Part shown: in pieces, positions 28,974 to 37,100 of the stretch
Position numbering within the stretch: the stretch's first letter is position 1
Layout of the letters: every line of letters begins with the position of its first letter
Virus record (IMG/VR): IMGVR_UViG_3300038829_000269
Span: 64,522 to 128,521 of that record
DNA length: 64,000 nt
Direction: 5' to 3' (one strand)
From: a virus
Program-made: the position numbers and the translations under genes
The notes under the pieces: model-generated
Told to the model about the DNA's origin: nothing
The model's database searches: none
Seen by the model: only the letters and a program-made list of their open reading frames with translations

Positions 28974-30293
28974 TTAGTGGTAGCGGTAAGACGCGGTCAG
29001 CGTGTCGTTCGTCTGCGGAGCGCTCAGGTAGGTGATGTTCAACCCGCTGATCGTGTAGTCATTGCCCGCCCCGGAGCGCTGCTCCAAGCCGTTGAGGTGC
29101 AGGATTTCGGACCCGACGATCGGCGTGTTGGCCAGGGTGAACGCCGTGTTCGACCCGTTGATCGCCCCGCCCGGGACCTCGCGCGTCACGAACAGGCCGA
29201 CGGCGTTCAACTCGGCGGCCGTCGCGGTGACGGTCACGGAGTTCAAGCGCAGACCGTCGATCACGTCCAGGAACGCGCCGGACGCGACGGTCAGCGTGTT
29301 GCCCGAGAGGATCGTCTTGCTCGCGTTCGTGCGGAGCGCGGTCGCCCCGTCGCTCAGGTTGGCGAGCGCGATCTGCGTTCCGCCGACCCGGTAGACGCCC
29401 GTCACGTTCATGTCGCCGGTCACGGTAATGACGCCGCCGGACTCCGTCATGATCGAATCGGTGAGGGCCGTGCTGCCCGACCACTTCGGGATGGCGCCGG
29501 TCGTGCCGGAGCCGCTGAGTCCGCCGCCCGCGCCCGAGAACTGGGTGAATCCCAAGGGGTCGGTGCCCACGACCGCGTTCGGGATCGGCTGGTTGCAGAC
29601 CCAGCCGGTCTGCGCGTAGAGCGTGCCTTCCTCGATGAACGTGAAGTTGCCCGCCGCGTTCGATCCGGCCGCCATGTCCGCCGAGCGCGACCAGGCGCCC
29701 GCCGACACGATGAAGATGCCGTTCTGGACCGGGTTCGTCTGGCCGACGAGCAGCACGCGGTCGCCCGCGACGAGCGCCACGTCGTCGATCGTCTGCTCTC
29801 CGGTCAGGGCCACGTCCGCGACCGCGACCGCGCGGCACGAGTCCTTGATGTCGAGGCCCTGGGCCACGGAGTCGACATAGGCCTTGGACGCCGCGTCGCT
29901 GGCGGCGGACGGGGCGGCGAGGTTCGTGAGGTTGAACCCGCCCATCGACTGGTTGGCGGTGAACGCGCGCGTGCCGTTCGCCTTGATGTAGGATTCGACG
30001 AGGTTCGTGTCGAGGACCGTGGTCGCCGCGATCTTCGCGCCGGTGATCACCGCGTTCGCGATGGTCAAGACTCCGGCGGCGCTGATCGTCGCGTCGCCGC
30101 CCAGGGTCGCGGCCGTCGCGACTCCGGCGTTGCCCACGACGACCTGTCCGGTGCTCAGCGCGGCGAGCTTCGAGAAGGCGATCGCCGCCGCAGCGTTGAT
30201 CTCTGTGTTCGTGAGCGTGCCGGGCACGACTTTCGCGGCGGTGAGCGTCGCGTCCTTCGCCTGCGTTCCGAGATGAATCTGGGTTTGGGCCAT
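28974..30293 (-). CDS. Fibre/decoration protein
   Basis: LTGEQTIDDVALVAGDRVLLVGQTNPVQNGIFIV...FTFIEEGT domain typical of phage fibres; C-terminal AINGSNTAFTLANTP...YTISG Ig-like unit. Confidence 0.75.
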   Translation of the reverse strand: MAQTQIHLGTQAKDATLTAAKVVPGTLTNTEINAAAAIAFSKLAALSTGQVVVGNAGVATAATLGGDATISAAGVLTIANAVITGAKIAATTVLDTNLVESYIKANGTRAFTANQSMGGFNLTNLAAPSAASDAASKAYVDSVAQGLDIKDSCRAVAVADVALTGEQTIDDVALVAGDRVLLVGQTNPVQNGIFIVSAGAWSRSADMAAGSNAAGNFTFIEEGTLYAQTGWVCNQPIPNAVVGTDPLGFTQFSGAGGGLSGSGTTGAIPKWSGSTALTDSIMTESGGVITVTGDMNVTGVYRVGGTQIALANLSDGATALRTNASKTILSGNTLTVASGAFLDVIDGLRLNSVTVTATAAELNAVGLFVTREVPGGAINGSNTAFTLANTPIVGSEILHLNGLEQRSGAGNDYTISGLNITYLSAPQTNDTLTASYRYH

Positions 30294-30312
30294 GGTCGTT
30301 GTCTCCTATGAA

Positions 30313-30855
30313 TTAGAGGCGGTAGTCCGCCAACAGGTTCGTGTTCACGTCCGGCGCGGTCAGGAACGTGATGTTCGGTCCGACGATCGTGTAATCGACC
30401 GTAGGTCTCTGTCGGAGACCGCCTTTATACAGGTGCAGCGACCCGGGCGCAGGAGTGTTGGCCAGAGTGAAATTGGGGTTGGAGCCGTTGATCAGACCGG
30501 CAGGGACCTCGGAGTCGATGAACGTCAGGGTCCCGGCCGTGGACTGCCACTCGGCGGAGTCCGGCCCGGTCGCGACCAGCGCCTTGCCGATCGACGGCTG
30601 GTTCGTGATCTGGAAGTGATAGGGCCCGATCGCGGCGGGCTTGGCCTCGGCCTGGGGCGAGCCCGTGCTCGGCTCTTCCGGCCCCAGGTTCAGGAGGCCG
30701 CCGCTCGTGAGGAACGAGCCTAGCTGCTCGGACTTCTCCGCGTCCTCGTTGAAGACCAGGACCTCGACCCCGCCCGGGATCGGGAGTCCGAATCCCTGCC
30801 CGTTGGGCATGTCGCTGACGATGATCAGGCCGGTCGTGTTGTTCTTGAGCTTCAT
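30313..30855 (-). CDS. Decoration/fibre-like protein
   Basis: N-terminus paralogous to 38090..38647; C-terminal INGSNPNFTLANTP...DYTIVG unit shared with 28974..30293. Confidence 0.65.
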   Translation of the reverse strand: MKLKNNTTGLIIVSDMPNGQGFGLPIPGGVEVLVFNEDAEKSEQLGSFLTSGGLLNLGPEEPSTGSPQAEAKPAAIGPYHFQITNQPSIGKALVATGPDSAEWQSTAGTLTFIDSEVPAGLINGSNPNFTLANTPAPGSLHLYKGGLRQRPTVDYTIVGPNITFLTAPDVNTNLLADYRL

Positions 30856-30907
30856 GAAATTTTTCTCGACTGGTGCGGGATCGCGGCGCGCTCGCGCCCT
30901 AGACAGG

Positions 30908-31111
30908 TCACCACTTGGCGTTCTCCGGCCGCCGCTTCCGTTCTCGCTCGCTCACCATCTGCCAGCCGCGACAATGACGGTCCGCGCACGGGCCATTGCA
31001 CTCCTCGGCCTGAAGACCGAGACTCTTGATCTTCTCGTTGGATAGGGTGCTGTGCTCGTAAAACCACTGCTCGAACTCCCAGCGCGTCGTCATCTTCGGT
31101 AATTTGGCCAT
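30908..31111 (-). CDS. Small Cys-containing hypothetical protein
   Basis: 67 aa; ECNGPC...CRGW. Confidence 0.5.
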   Translation of the reverse strand: MAKLPKMTTRWEFEQWFYEHSTLSNEKIKSLGLQAEECNGPCADRHCRGWQMVSERERKRRPENAKW

Positions 31112-31114
31112 GGT

Positions 31115-34100
31115 TCACAGTCGGCACCTGCCACACCAGCCCCGCTCGCCGGGTTTCTTCCCCGGCCATTCGTGAGAACACTCTTGGACCGCGCCCGGCG
31201 ACCTCTGCTCGTGGATCGCCGTCGTCTCACCGGCCCGACGCCGCCAAATATCCTTGATCCCGGCGCTCAGCGATCGGATGCGCTGCTCGATCTGCTGCTT
31301 CTTCGCCGGGTCCTGCTCCAAAGCCAGTTGGTCGAGGAGCGAGTCGATCTTCGACTGCACGTCGCCCTGGTTCATGGTCGGAACGTGCTCGACGCTCGTT
31401 GGCTCCGGGTCCTTGAGCAAGGAGAACTCGGCGGTCCCACCGTCGAACCGGATCACGCCGCGATCGAGCATCTGGCCGATCACCTGCTGCACCATGTCCG
31501 CGAACGGCCGGTCGAAATCCGCGACCTCTCCGTTTTCATCGAGCATCACGCCCTTACCCTCTCCGATCAACTCGCTCAGGTCGCGCGAGATCGTGGACGG
31601 CCCCTTGCGGAGCAGGTCGACGATGTGGTTCTCGATCATCTTGGGGTTGGACGGGATCGACTGCTCTGGGACCTGGCCCACGACGCCGCCGCTCACGACG
31701 AAGCGCAGGTCGTCGGCGCGCACCACGCCAGAGCCGCGCGTCGGGAGCCCGGCGCCCGCCTTGCCCTTCGGCGGCCAGAACGTGATCTTCAGGAGTTCGG
31801 GCGAGCCGCCGTGGTTCAGCCGGAACTTCTTGAGAACCTTGACCGTGGTGCCCTTCGGCAGCACGAAGCTATCGACGTGATCGCCCTGGCCCTTGGACGC
31901 GCGCTCCCAGACCCGCAGGTCGTCGGTCAGCACCATCTGAGAACCAGGATCGTCGACCATCGCGGCCGTCTTCTCCTTCACGCGCTGGCTCTTGGGCACG
32001 AGCTTCAGAAACTCGTCCCACGACATCTTCTTGATCCCGCCGAAGTGGGCCTTCTCCATGTGCTCCAGGTAGCTGGCCTTGGCCTCGGCCTCGGACGAGT
32101 AGCCGAGCATGATCTTGTCCTCGTCGTATTCCCCGGTCTTCTTGTCGAGTTGGGTGACGACGAACGCGAGGTCGGAGTCCCGATCGGGACCCGCGTAAAC
32201 GTCGATCTCCTCACCGTCCTCGCCCTCGGTCTGCCGGATGTAGCCGTAGTCGGCCTTCATCAGCTTCTCGTAATCATTGCCCGGCAGGTGCTTCCACGTC
32301 CGGGTGCTGCCCTTCGGCCACTCGATGCCGACCTTCACCCCGTTGATCTCGATGATCTTCTTCAGCGGGTCGTTGGCCTGGCGCATGACCCAGCGCTCGA
32401 ACATCGAGCCCATCTTGTAGTCGGGGTTGATCGGCGTGCGGCCGACGCCAGGCTTCTTCACGCCGACCAGGGCCGGGATCGAGTCCATGCCAAGGACCAT
32501 GGCCTGCGCGGTGCGATGGTTCCCGTCCATGACCCAGAGCACGCCGTCGTCGCCCCTGATCACGACCACGGGGTTCGCCTCGATCTCTCGACGCTGCGCG
32601 CGCGCGCCGCCCTTGAGCCGTGGCTCGCCCATGTCGGCGAGGTAGTCGGCCGACTCCTCGTCGAGCCACTGCTTGGTGTCCTCGATCGGGTCCTTTCCGA
32701 AATTGGTGTCGCGCGGGTTGATCCTGGTCAGCGTCCAGACGAAGTCCGTGACCTTCTGCGCGATGCCGCTGCCCGCGATCTCGTCCTCGTTGATCTGGCC
32801 GAGGACCTGGTGAATGAGCGCGGCCTGATCGTCACCGGCGCGCCGGTGCCAGCGGCTGAGCAACGAAGAGGAAATCTGCTTCATGCGGCGGCGCAGCGTC
32901 TTCTCGTCGATCTCTCCCCGGTTAAACTTGTCGAGCAGGCTGTCCTTGGTCTCGGTCGGCACGTCCTTGAGCGTCATGGTCCCGGGCTTGCGGCAGTCGA
33001 TCGAGTGGCCGTCGCCGGGACACTCGCGGCTCCCGCAGGTGGGGCAACGGCGCGTGGACATGTCGTCGTTCGCCATGCACTCGTCGCAGAAGCACTCGGG
33101 GCCGTGCTTGTATCCCGTCCCCTCGCCGTAGCCGATGTCGGTCGCGGCGCGGAACTCCTGGACCGGCGCGGAATACTGGTTGGTCTTCATCACCCGGCCG
33201 CGCACGATGATCTTGGAGTAGATCGGGCTGTAGAAGAAAATCGTGTGGTCGTTGCTGTGCGGCTGGACGCCGACCACGGCGCCCTTCGGCAGCACGGCCT
33301 CGTTCTCGGTCCCGGAGTCGGAGCCGATCGCGGTGCACCGAAGTTCCCTGAGCAGCTTCTGCTCGCTGTTCGCGGCGCGCCGCTCGCGCCACTTCTGGGT
33401 GAGCGAGTTCAGGTGCAGGTTCTCGGGACCGCCGCCGCCCCACTCGATGATCAAGGACGAGAGCCTGGCCTTCGCCTCGTCCATGGTCATGCCCATGTCC
33501 TTGTGCAGGACCACGGCCATGTTCATCAGGAGGTCGGCGGCCTGCTGCGGGCTCATGAGGTCGGCGCGCTGCTGCTCGAACATCGAGAACGCCGCCTGCT
33601 TGAGCCGGTCTTCGCCCCCGGGCTCCTGGAGCTTCTGGTTCGCCTCGTCCCGGCCGTAGCCGAAATAGTCGAGCGCGCGCTCGATGTCCGGGTAGAGCGA
33701 GATGTTCTGCGACTCGCGGATGTTCGCGTTCGGCTCGATCTTCATCGCGGCGTAGGTGTAGAGCCGCCCCACGAGTTCGGTGAACTGCTGTCCGACGGCC
33801 GCGTCGTGGATGATCCGATCGTCGGTCCTGAGCTTGAGCCACTGGTCGATGTCCTTCGTCGGCATCATGACCGGGACCTCTTGGCCCCGGTAGGTGATGG
33901 TCCCGATCTGGGTCTCGGCCTGAGCAGCGCGACGCGCGCGCCACGCGGCGACCAGCGGGTGGCGGACCATGTCGTCGGGCCCCTGCGTGCGATCGCGCTC
34001 GAAGCCCTGATCCTTGTAGAGGTTCTTGAGCGCGGGCTTCGGAATCCTGGGCTCGCCCGTGGGCTTCGCGTGCAGGTCGAGCGGCACGCCGTATTCGTCG

Positions 34101-37100
34101 GCGAGCGCCGTGAGCCAGGCCAGGCACTCGCGCGCCCGGCCCTTGCGCGGGTCCATCGACTGGAGCCATTTGAGCGTGATGATCCACGGATACTCGGGAT
34201 CGGGGCCGCCGCGCCACGGGTGAACCTCGACGATCACGCTGTCGTTCCACACGCGCTGGCCCCTGGTGAACGGGTGCCCGGCCGTCTGGTCGTAGACCGC
34301 CTGCATGAACGCCTGAATCTGGTCGGGCCACGGGGCGTTGAACGGCCCGCTGGCCGGGTCCGCGCCCTCGGCCCGGCGCGAGAACCACCTGGCGAGCAGC
34401 GACGCGGTCGGCATCTGCCCGCTGGGGTTGGCGCGCGCCGTCTCCTCGTCCGCCAACTCGTCCATCGACGGATAGCGCGGGTCGCCCACGTTTGTGATCA
34501 GGTAGTCCGGCGCCCCGAACTGGGAGTGGGTGATGTCGATCACCTTCCCGTCCAACTGGAGCCAGTCGTGAGACCAAAGGTTCCCGTTCGCGTCGCGATA
34601 ATAGGAGGAGATGTGCTCCGGCTCCATCTCGGCGGCGAACAGGTGGTCGGCCAGCGCCTCGCTGTCCCCGGTGCAGTCGAGACCGCCAGCCCAGTCCTCG
34701 GCCACCCTCCCGTCCCAGTAGGCTTTCATCAGCTTCTCGACCAGCGCCCAATCCGTCCCGCCAGCCCGACGCTGATTCCAAGAGGAGAGGAGGCTCTGCC
34801 GTTCCCCGCCGGTATTTTTTTGGAGCACGAGCAAAACCTGCTCCGGCGTCGGGATGCGCTCCCAGTCCTGGACCACGTTCCCGGCCTGATCCGTCCGGCG
34901 CCCCGAACGCGGGAAGCTCGGGTCGATCTGGATCATCGCCTGCCAGATCGTGCCGAACCCGGAGATGATGATCGACTGGATGTCGTCCCACGAGTCGGTG
35001 GTCGGGTTCTGGAGGAAATTGAGAATCCGCTTCCTGATCTCTGGCGAGAGCGGACCGAACATGTTCCGAGCCTTGTCCAGCGCGGGACCGAGGTCGCGCA
35101 TCGGCCGGGCGGCCACCTTTTCCAACCAAATGGAGAGAAGCGGCCTCTGCCGTTCTCCGGCCCTGAAAAAATTCGAGGTGCTGCTCGCGGTCAGGCCCAT
35201 GATGTTCCCGGACATCGGATGATCCCAGGGCTCGGACTGCGGGAGGAGGAAGGCGTCCACGACCCCGCCCGTGATCTCCGCGACCTTGGCCCGGAACGCC
35301 TGGTTCGCCTCGGACATCAGCGCGTTCCCGGAATGGAAGACCACCACGTCGAGATCGGAGTCGTCGCGCGCGTCGCCCTTCCATCGCGACCCGGTCAGAT
35401 GCACGCTCGTGATCTGGTGATCGCGATGCTCGCGCGCCCCGCTCTTGGTGAACGCGGTCCACAGGTCGCCGATCAGCATCTGGGGATCGGAGAATCCGGC
35501 TTGGGCCAGGACCTCGACCGGCGAGCGCTTCACGACCACCTTCTCCTTCTTCTTGCTCGTGGGGTCGTAGGCGTCGCCGCGTCGAGTCCAAGCCTCGCTG
35601 CTCGAATCCCAGAAGCCGGACTCGTCCTGGTGGCGCTCGTCGATCTCCCCAAGGTAGGTGAACTTCCGGTAGCAGCGGCCATCGCCCATCGGGTTGTAGC
35701 ACTCGCCCTTGGACGGGGCCCACGAGCACTTCTTGCAGTAGCTCATGATCGCGCCGAGATGGTTCGTGGTCTCGGCCTGGACGTGGCCGCACACCGTGCA
35801 CTGGTAGCGGCGCCAGGTGTTCTTCACGATCTCGGGGTCCGGCGCCCAAAGCTGATCCTTCTCCGCGCGGCGCACGAGGAACAAGGCGCGCAGCGCGCGC
35901 AGCGACTTCAACTGCTGCTCGATCTGGGGACGGGCCCCGGGCTCCGACTGCCACCGCTCCAGCAGCGCGTCGACCTTCTGCTGGCGATCGCCCTCGCTCA
36001 TCGTGTTCACCTGGCTCAGATCGGTGGGCGCCACGGGCTTCATCCCCCACTGGTTGCGCGCCTCGTTGAACTCGATCTCGCCATCGCGCTCCAGGCGGTT
36101 GAGCGCGTATTCGTAGACCGTGACGAAGTTCGCGTCGTAGGGCCAGCGCGAGGACTCGACGGCCTTCATCCCGAGTTCGTCAGGGGTCAACGGCGACTTT
36201 CGGAGTTCGTTCGCGATGAACGAGATCAGGCGACCGGCCTCCTGGTTGAAAGCCTGGGGCGGAACCGGGTTTGCGTCCGGCACCTTCTTCTGAGCGGCGC
36301 CCACGCCCCCGTTCTTGCGCCGGTCGTGGATCAAAATCCAATCGGTTCCCTTGCTAATCTTGTCGATCACGTTCTCGTCGATCAGGTCCTTGATCGCGCG
36401 CGCAAACGGGCCCCAGGACGAGAGGTCCGCACCCTTGATCTGGTTGAAAAGCTCGTGGGCCTTGATCCTGAACTGGTTGGTCGACGGCTCGTCGCGGCGC
36501 TTGAACTCGACCCAGTCGAGGATCGCTTGGCGGAAGGGGTCGGCCGCCGCCGCGCGCGAGAGCCACCGCGCCCTGAGCGTCGCGAGCCGGATCACAAGAT
36601 CGTTGCCCGAGTCGAAGCGCCGCATCTCGCCCTCGTGCTCCTGGATCAGGCCGTCGCTAAGCATCCGGTTGAGGAGCGAGCGCATCCCGGGCTCGGTGTC
36701 CTCCATCACCAGGTGATCGTGCTCCTGGAGCGCGGCCAAGATCAGTTTCTGCATCAAGCCCTGCTGGCGATAGGCGGGGTCGGTCGCGGCGAGCCCCGCC
36801 GTGTTCCCCGTGATCAGCAGGTAGCTGAACATGCCCTTGGGCAGCGGAGAGTCCCAGTTCCCGGTCGCATAGAAATTTTGGTCGGCCGACTGCGGGTCGA
36901 AATCGGGCGTGACCAGCGCCCAGAGTTCGCCGTCGTCCACCGGCCAGTGGCGGACGTTCGGCGTCTGGTGCTCATCATTCTGCTGCGTCGCGCTCTTCTC
37001 GCCGAGCGCGCGCTCGTCGTCCTTCTTCAGTTCCTGGACCTCGTCCTCGATCCGGTCGAAGCGCTTCAGGTCCTCGCGCACATGGGACTTGGGCAGTTCG

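Noticed and set aside
32922-36050. 1042-aa alternative-frame minus-strand ORF inside the polyvalent gene
   Set aside because: Arg/Gly/Pro-rich off-frame product typical of high-GC DNA; no RBS or domain evidence
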